From Thermoplasmata archaeon (GTDB lineage Archaea > Thermoplasmatota > Thermoplasmata > Halarchaeoplasmatales > Halarchaeoplasmataceae): a stretch of DNA of 64,000 nucleotides. Below are positions 42,285 to 51,972 of the stretch, one piece after another (the stretch's first letter is position 1; every line of letters starts with the position of its first letter). Location: contig JAWOAU010000074.1 in the NCBI GenBank assembly GCA_046498385.1, positions 9,355-73,354 on the forward strand. Direction: 5' to 3'. Under the pieces are notes generated by a model. The model worked only from the letters and a program-made list of their open reading frames with translations, was not told the DNA's origin and did not search any database. A program made the position numbers and the translations under genes.

Positions 42285-43256
42285 CTATTTTCTCCAGGTT
42301 ATATCTACCTCGTCCGTACGAAAATTTTGCATAACTCCACTTTGGTCTACAGGTGTTTTCAATCCACTTTCATACATAATATAACCCGTCCAGGCGATCA
42401 TGGCGCCGTTGTCTACACACAGTGGTCCCGGAGGGGCGTAGGCCTCCGCACCACGCTCTTTTGCCATGATAGTTGCCATATCCCTCAATCGTTTGTTTCT
42501 TATGACGCCGCCTCCGAGGAGTACTTCGTTCTTTCCCGTATGGGCCAATGCCCTTTCGGCAACTTCGGTCAACATGGCGAACACGGTTTCCTGAAGGGAG
42601 TAGCAAAGATCATTCAGCGGTTTGTCGGAGTTCAGTGCGGCGGTCAATATGCCTGAGAAGGATACGTCCATGCCCTTGACACTGTAGGGCAATTCAATGA
42701 AATTATTGCTCAATTCAGCCCTTCTTTCTATTTCGGGACCTGCCGGGAATGGCATACCGTTCTCCCTTCCGAATTTATCCAGCATATTTCCTACCCCTAT
42801 ATCCAAGGTCTCTCCGAAAACCCGATATCTTCCTCGGGAAAAGGCGATTACCTGGGTATTGCCTCCCGATGCGTACAGCAGAACGGGATCGGAGCATTCG
42901 GTGGTAAGCCTGCCTATCTCTATATGCGCGATGCAGTGGTTCACACCAACCATGGGGACGTTTAGGGACAAGGACATAGCCCTGGCGGCGGTTGCTACCG
43001 TCCTCAGACAGGGACCGAGCCCGGGACCTTGCGAAAAGGAGACCAAGCCGATATCTTCTCGTTGTATACCTGCGACGGTGATCGCCTCTTCAATAGTTGA
43101 TATCATGTTGCTAGCATGGTGATTAGCGGCTTCCCTGGGATGTATGCCTTCTTTTGGACGGTATGTCTTCATAATATTTGCTAAAATAGTACCGTTGTCT
43201 TCAAGGATACCGACACCCAAGGTGTGGGCTGTACCCTCTAATCCTAATAGATGCAT
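42285..43256 (-). CDS. kae1: tRNA N6-adenosine threonylcarbamoyltransferase Kae1
   Basis: LGLEGTAHTLGVGI N-terminus and the metal-binding VNHCIAHIE motif. There is no Bud32 fusion. Confidence 0.9.
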   Translation of the reverse strand: MHLLGLEGTAHTLGVGILEDNGTILANIMKTYRPKEGIHPREAANHHASNMISTIEEAITVAGIQREDIGLVSFSQGPGLGPCLRTVATAARAMSLSLNVPMVGVNHCIAHIEIGRLTTECSDPVLLYASGGNTQVIAFSRGRYRVFGETLDIGVGNMLDKFGRENGMPFPAGPEIERRAELSNNFIELPYSVKGMDVSFSGILTAALNSDKPLNDLCYSLQETVFAMLTEVAERALAHTGKNEVLLGGGVIRNKRLRDMATIMAKERGAEAYAPPGPLCVDNGAMIAWTGYIMYESGLKTPVDQSGVMQNFRTDEVDITWRK

Positions 43257-43291
43257 AAAAAAAGGAATAAGGAAGGGGTTATATGTTTTTC

Positions 43292-43438
43292 TTACTTGGA
43301 CTTACCGATGCGGTAAACACCAGTACCACAATCGGGACATTCGCCCTTTGTAGCGGGTCGACCATTTTTCATCGTTACTTCCTTTGCGTTCTTTATCTCT
43401 ACTTTTTTCCTACATTTTACACAGTATGCTTCAGTCAT
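43292..43438 (-). CDS. 48-aa zinc-ribbon protein (DUF5679-like)
   Basis: Below the track cutoff. Hand translation gives MTEAYCVKCRKKVEIKNAKEVTMKNGRPATKGECPDCGTGVYRIGKSK, with two CxxC pairs. It lies directly upstream of kae1 on the same strand. Confidence 0.6.
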   Translation of the reverse strand: MTEAYCVKCRKKVEIKNAKEVTMKNGRPATKGECPDCGTGVYRIGKSK

Positions 43439-43540
43439 AATCTCACTAGGGGCCTCATAGGTAATACGCCTATTAAAGCTTTCCTCAGTAAATTTCTAAT
43501 ATACCCTTCTATTCTAAGGGGATTTTGTGTTGAACAGGTG

Positions 43541-43872
43541 ACCGTAGTAAGCCCCTTTCTGTTTCAAGACGACATTCATCTATGCGTCCTACCCGCCAGT
43601 CCCGGAATGGTCATCCCGACATGTTTGGACTTGCTCCGGTGGGGAGTCGCCGTTTCATCGATCCCTCCGGTTCTCAGCTCTGCGGGTTAACTTGCCTTGC
43701 CTTGCGGCAGGCTTCGCACACTTCACAGCTCGCCGGAGGACGTGTCGTTTCTGCGCCCTTGCCGAGACTCTCGCCTCACCGCCTTGCGACGGTCCACCTT
43801 TTCCGCGGAGAGGGGACTTTCCTCAGGGTCGAACCCCGTCGGCCGTCCTCGGTCTCCTGCTCGTACTACCAG
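43541..43872 (-). ncRNA. rnpB: RNase P RNA
   Basis: The reverse complement contains GAGGAAAGUCC (plus-strand 43814-43824), GGAGCAAGUCCAAAC and ACAGAAAGGGGCUUA (43548-43562). The terminal GUAGUA/UACUAC pairing suggests P1. The region is visibly G+C-rich, and the tracked ORFs here have no credible protein sense. Ends are approximate. Confidence 0.8.
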
Positions 43873-43957
43873 TGGTGTCTGGACATATATAAACATGTTG
43901 TAGGTGTGACGCTTGAACGGTATCATTATAAATACGGCCTGAAAGAATCATCCCTTC

Positions 43958-44752
43958 ATGGCGAGTGAGAAATACGTACCTCTGGACCTGGGAAACGTGG
44001 CGGATATCATCTGCTGTCCAGGAGGTATCGAGATCGAGGGTAAGGGGATGAAGGGTGATATAGGCAAGACCGTTTCATGGAGGAGGGACATGCTGCGCAT
44101 GGGTATGGAGGGTATCATACAGTATCAGGAGGATGTACCCGTTGGTTTTGTGGAGTACATGCCCACGGAACAAGTGCCTATGCCCGTGGTGGGCCCGGGA
44201 ACGTGCACCCTGATGTGCTTTCACTGGAAAGGAGAAGATATGAAACATCTGGAGATGGAACATGAGCTGCTGAAAAGGGTACTGGAAAAATGTCGCAAGG
44301 ATCACAGCGGTATGGCGGCCTTGGGCTGGGATCATCCTGTACATTTTCCCGTTTCCATGATGGAAGAGCTGGGATTCATAACCGTTGAAAGGCAGGATTA
44401 CCTGCATCTTATGTGGACCCCTTTCGAAAATGGTGCGGACTGCCCCGAGTTCGCAGAGCCTTGTCAGCCTCCAGCCCCCACCGATAGAAAGATCGTCATA
44501 GACCAGGGCTACAGCAACCGGTGCCCCTACAGCATTCATTACGCAAGAAAGATACGGGATATCATTGACGACGTAGGTCGTAAAAACGTGGAGTACGCTC
44601 TTCACAGGGTAGATACACGGGAGGAATCCATGAAGGTAACGATAAGACCCTGGAACTGGGACTGGCTTTACATCAACGATAAAAGGATCGATGTCTTCGC
44701 CACAGATGAACGGACTATCGTGGAGCTAATAAAGGCGCCACTATCTCAGTGA
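43958..44752 (+). CDS. hypothetical protein (possible acetyltransferase-like N-domain plus thioredoxin-like/YoaP-like C-domain)
   Basis: 264-aa ORF. The C-terminal IVIDQGYSNRCPYSIHYARKIRDII looks like a thioredoxin-fold start. The family call is weak and from memory. Confidence 0.45.
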   Translation: MASEKYVPLDLGNVADIICCPGGIEIEGKGMKGDIGKTVSWRRDMLRMGMEGIIQYQEDVPVGFVEYMPTEQVPMPVVGPGTCTLMCFHWKGEDMKHLEMEHELLKRVLEKCRKDHSGMAALGWDHPVHFPVSMMEELGFITVERQDYLHLMWTPFENGADCPEFAEPCQPPAPTDRKIVIDQGYSNRCPYSIHYARKIRDIIDDVGRKNVEYALHRVDTREESMKVTIRPWNWDWLYINDKRIDVFATDERTIVELIKAPLSQ

Positions 44753-45441
44753 ATCTCCGGCATACCCTCGCATCTAAGTATCCACATACCCTTCCACTGG
44801 CTGTACTCGAAGTAACCCTCAACGACCACATAATCCCCCTTCACTATCTCGTCACTGACGTGCCAGTCGTCCGCCTCGCAGCTCAAACGGCTGTAAGGAT
44901 TGTCAAGGGGTGAAAGTATGATATGTGTACCCCTGGATATGGTCCAGATATCCCTTACCTCCCCCCGGACCTTCACATCGGTATTCTCGTACCATGTGGG
45001 ATTCTCCAGTATGGACTCGATGGGTATGAAGCTGGAACGTGCCTCCTCGATGACCCGTACATCAACGTGTGATGAAGTCCTCAACCTGTAACGGTTACCA
45101 TCCTTTTCTACCCGACCCCGAAAGGAAACGATGGCGCCGGGGATTATATTTTCCTTATTATCAACCTCTTCCATGATATCCGAAGAAATCAATGCGACTA
45201 CCTCTTGATTCTCTTCTTGATCTCTTATGGTTACATGGTAGGTCCCGTAAAAGTTTCGGCGATCCATAACGTAACCTTCTGTTTTAACCACCGTATCGAG
45301 ATACCCACCGTCTATATCGCTAACCCCTATTTCAGGCGGTTCTTGAGAAGCTGATAATATGAAAAGTAAGGAAGTGCCTAGTAAAGCTACGATGGTTACA
45401 ACAAATAGTACCTTTTTTCCGATCATCTCTGGAACTTCCAT
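44746..45441 (-). CDS. membrane-anchored protein with two OB-fold-like domains
   Basis: An N-terminal TM helix is followed by two blocks (VKTEGYVMD...VSFRGRVEKDGNRYRL and VKVRGEVRD...VVVEGYFEY) resembling tRNA_anti-type OB folds. ATG 45441 lies 1 nt after the orc1 stop. Confidence 0.55.
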   Translation of the reverse strand: MEVPEMIGKKVLFVVTIVALLGTSLLFILSASQEPPEIGVSDIDGGYLDTVVKTEGYVMDRRNFYGTYHVTIRDQEENQEVVALISSDIMEEVDNKENIIPGAIVSFRGRVEKDGNRYRLRTSSHVDVRVIEEARSSFIPIESILENPTWYENTDVKVRGEVRDIWTISRGTHIILSPLDNPYSRLSCEADDWHVSDEIVKGDYVVVEGYFEYSQWKGMWILRCEGMPEIH

Positions 45442-45442
45442 C

Positions 45443-46609
45443 CTAACCACTCAACATATCTATAAGTCGCTCTTCCAGGACCCCTGCAGGGATATCCGAT
45501 AGGGACACCTCGGTGGTGCGCCCTTTACTGGATGATACTGTATTGGCATTCAAAAGACCGTGATTAGATATGGATTTCAGATATTTCCAGAATTGGGTGT
45601 GACCCAGTTTATTATGTCCGAACTCTTCGCATATCAAGGCATAGCATTCTTCAACGTCGCCGGTGGTGGTAAAGGGGGCAGATTTGAGAAGCCGTACCGC
45701 GGACAACAACACCAACTTTTCCTGGGTGTTGAGCTCACAGACCTTTTCCTCTGTGAAGTAAGGGTCGATATCCGCCTTTGCCGCCCGTATATCTTCCGCA
45801 CCTATGGTTTCTTTTCTCTTCCCCTCCGCTGTCAGGGCCGATCTTTCCAATAGTTCTATGCCAAAGCGTGCGTCCCCACGTTCAGAAGCGGCAGTTGTTG
45901 CCAGCAGCTTCAATTCCCCCTCCCCTAACGTATCCGGGAAAAGGGCTAGTTCTGACCTATAAGACAGTATCTCAAGCAGTTCGTCTCTTTCATATGGAGG
46001 AAATTTTACCCTGTTTCCCCTTTTAAATGTACTCAATGCACTTTTTTCTAAAAGCTCAAGTACATTTTTTTGTGATATGAGTAAAAGGGACAATCGCCCT
46101 TCTGGACGGGATTCTTCGTCTTCAAAGCGGGAGAGAAGGTAGATCAAGTCCGACCCCTCGCGCTGAACAAGGGTATCCACTTCGTCCAATACTACGAACA
46201 GGTGTGTTTTTTTGTTTTTAAGATGTTTTTTGAGTATTTCCAGCATTTCACCTACGGAGAAACCACGGTCTGGAAAGTTGGAATCAAAATAAGAAACTAT
46301 CTTCCACACGGCTAGATGTTTATTGGATCTCTTTCTGCAGTTGATGAATACGTAATCGATCCTTTGGCCCTTATTTTCTCCCCATTCCCGATAATCCATG
46401 CAAAAACGTTTGGCGGTGGCGGTCTTGCCCGTACCTACTCCTCCGTACAAAAACGCATTTTGGGATACTCCGGATTCTATAACCCTTCTAAACAACGTGA
46501 ATAATTTATCTATCTGTTCCTCTCGATTAGGCAGATGATCCGGCACATAATCGAAGGAAAGCTTTTTGGGATACTTTATTATCCGTCCCTTAATCCTTTC
46601 GAAAGACAT
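45443..46609 (-). CDS. cdc6: Orc1/Cdc6 replication initiator, paralog 1
   Basis: Walker A LYGGVGTGKTATA, Walker B FVVLDEVD and a C-terminal winged helix. ATG at 46609 (MSFERIKG) is preferred to the TTG at 46618 in the track. Confidence 0.9.
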   Translation of the reverse strand: MSFERIKGRIIKYPKKLSFDYVPDHLPNREEQIDKLFTLFRRVIESGVSQNAFLYGGVGTGKTATAKRFCMDYREWGENKGQRIDYVFINCRKRSNKHLAVWKIVSYFDSNFPDRGFSVGEMLEILKKHLKNKKTHLFVVLDEVDTLVQREGSDLIYLLSRFEDEESRPEGRLSLLLISQKNVLELLEKSALSTFKRGNRVKFPPYERDELLEILSYRSELALFPDTLGEGELKLLATTAASERGDARFGIELLERSALTAEGKRKETIGAEDIRAAKADIDPYFTEEKVCELNTQEKLVLLSAVRLLKSAPFTTTGDVEECYALICEEFGHNKLGHTQFWKYLKSISNHGLLNANTVSSSKGRTTEVSLSDIPAGVLEERLIDMLSG

Positions 46610-46874
46610 CCTTTGCAAGTGATTTAGCGGTTATTTATTAATGTTTTGCAGGGCATATTGAAATGCAGCATATGCGAATCATAGTAAAGATATGCCGGAT
46701 GTAATCCTGAACATAAAAGATTCCATCAAAGGCCCTTCCCAATGTCTAATAATCACTAATGTGTGGTTTGATAGTATTGTAATACTCGATAAAAACAATC
46801 TAACTAAAACCTTCAAGGTTCAGCCCTACTAAACAAATATATACACACCCCATGATACCCCTTACGGTTGTAAC

Positions 46875-48311
46875 ATGGATGGAAAAAGTCTCTCGGACAT
46901 GGCCGTTGAGTACGGGATGTCCATAGGTGCGGAGTACGTCGAAGCACGCTTTGTGGATTCCATGGATGAAAATTATATCGCTCGGAACGGAACTTTCCTC
47001 AGCATTCAAAAGAAACCGAGTCAGGGCATAGGTGTGCGGGTCCTTGTCGACGGGTGCATGGGTTACGGTTCCACGGACAGATTGAGCGACAAATCGGTGA
47101 AGGATCTGACAAATTCCGTAATCCACATGGCCAAACTAAGCGAAAGAAAAGAGCCCATAGTCCTATCTGACGAAAAGGCGATCAAAACAAGGTGGAAGGT
47201 GCCTGTGAAGATAGATTTTGACAGTGTCTCCGGTCGAAAAAAGCAGGAGTTTATAGAGGACCTGGACAAGACCGTCAAAAAGGAAGCTGGTAGGGCCATC
47301 AAAAACAGGATAGTATTTCTCAGTACTCAGAGCTCGAATAAGTACATCGCAACTTCACAGGGTTCCGTAGTAGATTCGGACCTATCATATATGAGCGTAT
47401 TCACCATGATGAACGCAAAGGTGAAGGATAAAACGGAGCAGAGGATGCTGGGTTTGGGAGGAACCGCGGGATGGGAATGGTTGAAAGGTCACAACGTAAA
47501 GTCCACCGTGGTCAACGAAGCGAAGAAACTGGTGAACACGGTGAACAATGCTCGAAAAGTTAAGCTGAACAAGCCCGTAGATGTTGTGGTCTCAGGAGAC
47601 GTATCCGGCATAATGGCCCATGAGAACGTCGGGCACCCCAGTGAAGCAGATAGGATCATGGGACGAGAGGGCGCCCAGGCGGGAGAGTCCTTCTACCGGG
47701 ACCTGATGGACGAGGGAGAGATAGGGAACATTAAGATGGGGAACGACGACGTCTCCATAATCGACGACCCGACGTTAAAGGAAAGCCCGGGCTACTACCT
47801 TTACGACGACGAATGTGTGAAGGCAAGAAGACGGTACCTAATCAAAAACGGGTATCTGAACGAACTGCTCCTTAACAGGCAGTACGCTTACGAGCTGGAC
47901 ACCAAGTCCAACGCATCGGCCCGCTCCAATTCATACAGCAGGGAACCCATAGTCAGGATGTCAAACACCTTTTTCGAACCTGGTGATTTCACACGAGAAG
48001 AGCTCATAGAGGACGTTAAAAAGGGGATACTCATGAAAAGCTTCACTGAGTGGAACATAGACGATAGGAGGTTCCACAGCAAGTACGTAGGCTTGGAGGC
48101 ATACCTAATAGAGAACGGCAAGGTAACGGATAAGATGATAAAAAGACCGGTTCTGGAGCTGACCACCAATGGCATACTGAACAGTATAGACGGTGTATCA
48201 AAGGACTACATCACCAGGATGGCCCCGTGCGGAAAGAGCGATCCCATGCAGCCGGTACCGGTATCCGTCGGCGGCCCGCATCTCAGGATGAGAAACATAG
48301 AGGTGGGGTGA
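46875..48311 (+). CDS. tldD: TldD-family metalloprotease
   Basis: 478 aa with the HENVGHPSEAD (HExxxH) zinc motif and TldD-like termini. Confidence 0.85.
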   Translation: MDGKSLSDMAVEYGMSIGAEYVEARFVDSMDENYIARNGTFLSIQKKPSQGIGVRVLVDGCMGYGSTDRLSDKSVKDLTNSVIHMAKLSERKEPIVLSDEKAIKTRWKVPVKIDFDSVSGRKKQEFIEDLDKTVKKEAGRAIKNRIVFLSTQSSNKYIATSQGSVVDSDLSYMSVFTMMNAKVKDKTEQRMLGLGGTAGWEWLKGHNVKSTVVNEAKKLVNTVNNARKVKLNKPVDVVVSGDVSGIMAHENVGHPSEADRIMGREGAQAGESFYRDLMDEGEIGNIKMGNDDVSIIDDPTLKESPGYYLYDDECVKARRRYLIKNGYLNELLLNRQYAYELDTKSNASARSNSYSREPIVRMSNTFFEPGDFTREELIEDVKKGILMKSFTEWNIDDRRFHSKYVGLEAYLIENGKVTDKMIKRPVLELTTNGILNSIDGVSKDYITRMAPCGKSDPMQPVPVSVGGPHLRMRNIEVG

Positions 48312-48315
48312 TAAC

Positions 48316-49764
48316 ATGGAAAGATTCGAAGAAGGACTTATTAAACAGGCTGTTGACCAGGCTTTGAATGCTGGGGCGAAGGAAGTGATAGCCCAACTGA
48401 TAGAGGAAGATTCCTACCAAATACGATTTTCTAACTCGTCAATAGACGTGACCAAGAGGTGGAATCGATATTACCTTGACCTCTTCATCGCAAAAGGGCA
48501 TCCTTTGTCCATAGGTAAAAAGATAACAACCCTCACCATCCAGGATCCGGACAAAAAGAAGATACGGCGAAGGGTGCCGAAAGAGGTGAACATACTGGAT
48601 TCGCTGCCCAACAGTAAATTGTACTGGGGCATGGACAAAGAAAAACATACCTCTTATCCACGTGTGAGAGGACTCTACGACAAAAGAATTCAAAACTTTC
48701 ATGAAAGGGCACCAGGGCTGATAGAAAAAACAATTGAAGAATCAGAACAAGCGGGAGCCAAACAGGTGGCAGGAGTGCTTTACTTCGGGGATTGTAAAAG
48801 GGGATTGCTCACAGGTTACGGCAACGGAGGTACCTACAGAACATCACACTGCAAGGCCACCATACGTTCCTTTTACGACCGAAACAGCAGCGGTCAGAGT
48901 CTAGTATCTACTAGGAATCTCTCAGGTATAGAAAACAAACTACTAGAAGCCGGCAGAGACGCTGGCTCACTGGCTAAAAAAGGTGCCGGTTCTCGGGAAG
49001 GCAAACAGGGGACCTACGATCTAATAATGAGCCCCACTGTGACAGCGGGTATCTTCAGTAATATTTTAGGAAATGCAAATCCCATAATGATGATCGCCGG
49101 TATGAGCTGCCTGAAAGGCAAGGAAGGAGAGCAGATATTTCCAAAAGAGATATCTGTAACAGATGACCCCCTGGTTCCAGACGGTATGAACAGCAGACCT
49201 TTTGACGCCGAGGGTACCCCATCTCGCAAAACCAACATCATCCGGGATGGAAAATTCACAGGTCTCATACACAATACCTCGTCGGCCAAGCTGTGGAAGC
49301 TCATGAACTGGATAAAATTGAAATTATGGGTGCGTCCCACGACCACCTCAAACTCAGAGCTTGGTCAGATGGGTATGACAGGAACCGAAAACGATCCCAG
49401 AACCCTTATGCCCACACCCTCGAATTATGTTTTCAAGCCCGGCACATACAGCTTGAACGAGATGATAGCGTCTTCAAAGAAACCTACGATATACCTCACT
49501 TCCAATTGGTACACAAGGTTTACCAGCATGAGAGAGGGTTCCTTCTCAACGGTGCCTAGGGACGCTATGTTCCTGGTCGAGAAGGGCGAGATCAAAGGGC
49601 CGGTAAAAAGCCTTAGATTGAAGGGCAATCTGTTGGAGATGGCAAAGAACGTAGAGGCAGTTGGAGAGGACCTGGAACAGATTATGTGGTGGGAAGTAAA
49701 TACCCCTACCTTCGTGCCCCATATCAAAGTGAAGGACTGCACGTTCACAAAGGCCGTGACATAA
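48316..49764 (+). CDS. pmbA: PmbA/TldE-family protein (TldD partner)
   Basis: 482-aa paralogous fold without HExxxH, starting 4 nt after tldD. This is the typical tldD-tldE pair. Confidence 0.8.
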   Translation: MERFEEGLIKQAVDQALNAGAKEVIAQLIEEDSYQIRFSNSSIDVTKRWNRYYLDLFIAKGHPLSIGKKITTLTIQDPDKKKIRRRVPKEVNILDSLPNSKLYWGMDKEKHTSYPRVRGLYDKRIQNFHERAPGLIEKTIEESEQAGAKQVAGVLYFGDCKRGLLTGYGNGGTYRTSHCKATIRSFYDRNSSGQSLVSTRNLSGIENKLLEAGRDAGSLAKKGAGSREGKQGTYDLIMSPTVTAGIFSNILGNANPIMMIAGMSCLKGKEGEQIFPKEISVTDDPLVPDGMNSRPFDAEGTPSRKTNIIRDGKFTGLIHNTSSAKLWKLMNWIKLKLWVRPTTTSNSELGQMGMTGTENDPRTLMPTPSNYVFKPGTYSLNEMIASSKKPTIYLTSNWYTRFTSMREGSFSTVPRDAMFLVEKGEIKGPVKSLRLKGNLLEMAKNVEAVGEDLEQIMWWEVNTPTFVPHIKVKDCTFTKAVT

Positions 49765-49847
49765 TTATAGATTATATAATAATCAATCAACAAAATAACG
49801 GCAAAGATTATATAGGTTAACCCTAATTTACCAACCAGTTGATTACT

Positions 49848-50324
49848 ATGGGTTTAGATGAAATGGATTCGGATCACGAAGAGGCTGAATGCCCCACCTG
49901 TGGCGCAGTTATACCTCTTGATGCTGTTGAATGCCCCGAGTGTGGACAGATTTTCGAAGAGGGCGATGAAGACCTTTGGGGCGAAGAAGAAGCATCGGAG
50001 GAAGGGCTGGAAGAAGAAGAAGAATGGGACGATATTGTTGAGGAAGAACCCAATAAAACCAGATTTTATTCTGGAATTATTGTAACTCTGCTTGGTCTTG
50101 GTATGGCTATGATGTCCTGGTTCCATAACGAAATCGGTGTTTTCCACGATATGGGCATAGGTAATTATGACGGTTATGGTCCAGTGGATATGACTATGGG
50201 TATTATCGGTATCATCATAGCGATCATTGGTATTGTTATAATACTTATGTGGAAAAAACAGGGGGCCACTGAGGAGATCCCCGAAGACGAGCTCGAGGAA
50301 GAATTGGAAGAGGACTTCATCTAA
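49848..50324 (+). CDS. zinc-ribbon, acidic, membrane protein
   Basis: ECPTCGAVIPLDAVECPECGQIF double ribbon, a poly-E linker, two hydrophobic helices and an acidic tail. The module is the same as in 6839-7345. Confidence 0.55.
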   Translation: MGLDEMDSDHEEAECPTCGAVIPLDAVECPECGQIFEEGDEDLWGEEEASEEGLEEEEEWDDIVEEEPNKTRFYSGIIVTLLGLGMAMMSWFHNEIGVFHDMGIGNYDGYGPVDMTMGIIGIIIAIIGIVIILMWKKQGATEEIPEDELEEELEEDFI

Positions 50325-50367
50325 ATCTTCTTTTGTTCCTGGCCAAAAAAACGATTTACACGACCAT

Positions 50368-50403
50368 AACAGTGTTTTAACACTGTTCTTTTCTTTTTCT
50401 TTT
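50368..50403 (+). terminator. hairpin plus T-rich tract
   Basis: Perfect 9-bp inverted repeat AACAGTGTT-tt-AACACTGTT, followed directly by cttttctttttctttt. It lies 44 nt after the stop at 50324. Confidence 0.4.
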
Positions 50404-50442
50404 GAGGGGAAACCTTTTAAATTATGATAACATTTTATTCAC

Positions 50443-51972
50443 ATGGATGGGATTTGTCTGACGGACCTTGAGGAACCCGAATCGGGGTTGGAGGAAGCAC
50501 AAAAGTCGGAGAATATTAGGGACAAAGAGTCAAAAGATACGGTTGTTGGTATAACCTTTGGTGATGTAGGAATAACCTCGCTCAAATGTAATGTATGTCG
50601 ACCTATAGATAAGGGCGAATACGTGATGATGGCTCACCCCACCGCGGATTTGGTTTTAGGTCAGGTTGAAAGTGTAGAAAGAAAAACAAACGTTTCCGCT
50701 GAGATGGCAATGGAGCTTTCCATGGGGGAGGATGTGGAGATTGAGGAAACGGTGATCGCCAATATTAAGGTCATTGGTTTTAGAGATAATCGTAGTCTTT
50801 TAAAGACACCTGGTAACCCATTCCGAGCCGGAGAAAAAATATACATTGCAAAGGACAAATTGATAAAAGACGTTCTAGGACTCAAGAATGATGATAGTGG
50901 GGCATATGTTGGTAAATTAAGAGGGCATGATATTGAGGTCAAACTGAACATAAATACCATGGCACAGAAGCATCTTTCAGTACTGGCAAAAACCGGAAGT
51001 GGAAAGAGTTACACTACGGGGGTCATAATCGAAGAAATGATGAAAAACGATGTTACCTTAGTTATACTTGATCCCCATGGTGAGTACTCCTCACTGGCAA
51101 AGGCAGGAAGTGTACCTGAAAATGATTTTGGAATTAAACCCAGAGGTTATGGTAATTTGATAACAGAATTTTCTCCAGACCCCGAGATCAACAAAGGTGC
51201 CAAACCGTTAAAGTTTTCTTTTAAAAATATGAAGCCGCGCAAAATATTAGATATGATTGGAGTTAATAAAATAAAGTCTAATGTGAGTGCATTGGAAGGT
51301 GCCATGTCTCGCTTGACGGCCTCTAAAGGCTTTTTTGGTATTCCAGATGTCATACGCTTACTTAAAGAAAATGAAGAAGGCAATTCTTCACCCATCATCT
51401 CCGGTTTGGAATCTCTATATGGCAAAGGGGTCTTTGATGCAAGGGGGACTCGGATGGACGACATCGTGAGGAAGGGAAAGACCGCGATCATCAATCTCAA
51501 GGGAACGGAACCGGATGTGCAAGCATTTGTAGTGTCTCGTCTGTCCACAGCTCTTTTTGAGCTCAGGAAAAGAAATAAGATACCTCCCATGATGATGTTT
51601 GCCGAGGAGGCCCATAACTTTTGTCCTCAGAGGGGCAAGATAGAATCGTCCGAGATATTTCAAACCATTGCCAGCGAAGGAAGAAAGTTCGGGCTTGGAT
51701 TAGGGATCATTACCCAAAGGCCCGCTAAGGTGGACAAAAACGTACTCAGTCAGTGCAATACACAGGTGATCCTTAAAGTCACCAATCCTAACGACCTTAA
51801 GGCGATCGAATTGTCGGTTGAAGGGCTGAGTAAAGAGATGGCTGAAGAGATCCAGCGGTTATCCATCGGTGAGGCAATCGTATCCGGCGGCGGACTTTCT
51901 GAACCTTTATTTTTAGAGGTTAGGCCCAGAGAAAGTCAGGACGGTGGTTCGTCGATACGGGTAGTGGGATGA
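50443..51972 (+). CDS. HerA-like (DUF87/FtsK-HerA superfamily) ATPase
   Basis: N-terminal HAS-barrel-like region, Walker A LAKTGSGKSYTTG, Walker B-like MMMFAEEAHNF and a C-terminal ITQRP motif. Confidence 0.8.
   Translation: MDGICLTDLEEPESGLEEAQKSENIRDKESKDTVVGITFGDVGITSLKCNVCRPIDKGEYVMMAHPTADLVLGQVESVERKTNVSAEMAMELSMGEDVEIEETVIANIKVIGFRDNRSLLKTPGNPFRAGEKIYIAKDKLIKDVLGLKNDDSGAYVGKLRGHDIEVKLNINTMAQKHLSVLAKTGSGKSYTTGVIIEEMMKNDVTLVILDPHGEYSSLAKAGSVPENDFGIKPRGYGNLITEFSPDPEINKGAKPLKFSFKNMKPRKILDMIGVNKIKSNVSALEGAMSRLTASKGFFGIPDVIRLLKENEEGNSSPIISGLESLYGKGVFDARGTRMDDIVRKGKTAIINLKGTEPDVQAFVVSRLSTALFELRKRNKIPPMMMFAEEAHNFCPQRGKIESSEIFQTIASEGRKFGLGLGIITQRPAKVDKNVLSQCNTQVILKVTNPNDLKAIELSVEGLSKEMAEEIQRLSIGEAIVSGGGLSEPLFLEVRPRESQDGGSSIRVVG

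Noticed and set aside
43283-43968. Five tracked ORFs (43283-43690, 43582-43968, 43692-43892, 43697-43903 and 43723-43926).
   Set aside because: They cover the RNase P RNA and the small zinc-ribbon gene. Their Arg/Pro/Ser-rich products are what translation of a G+C-rich structured RNA gives.
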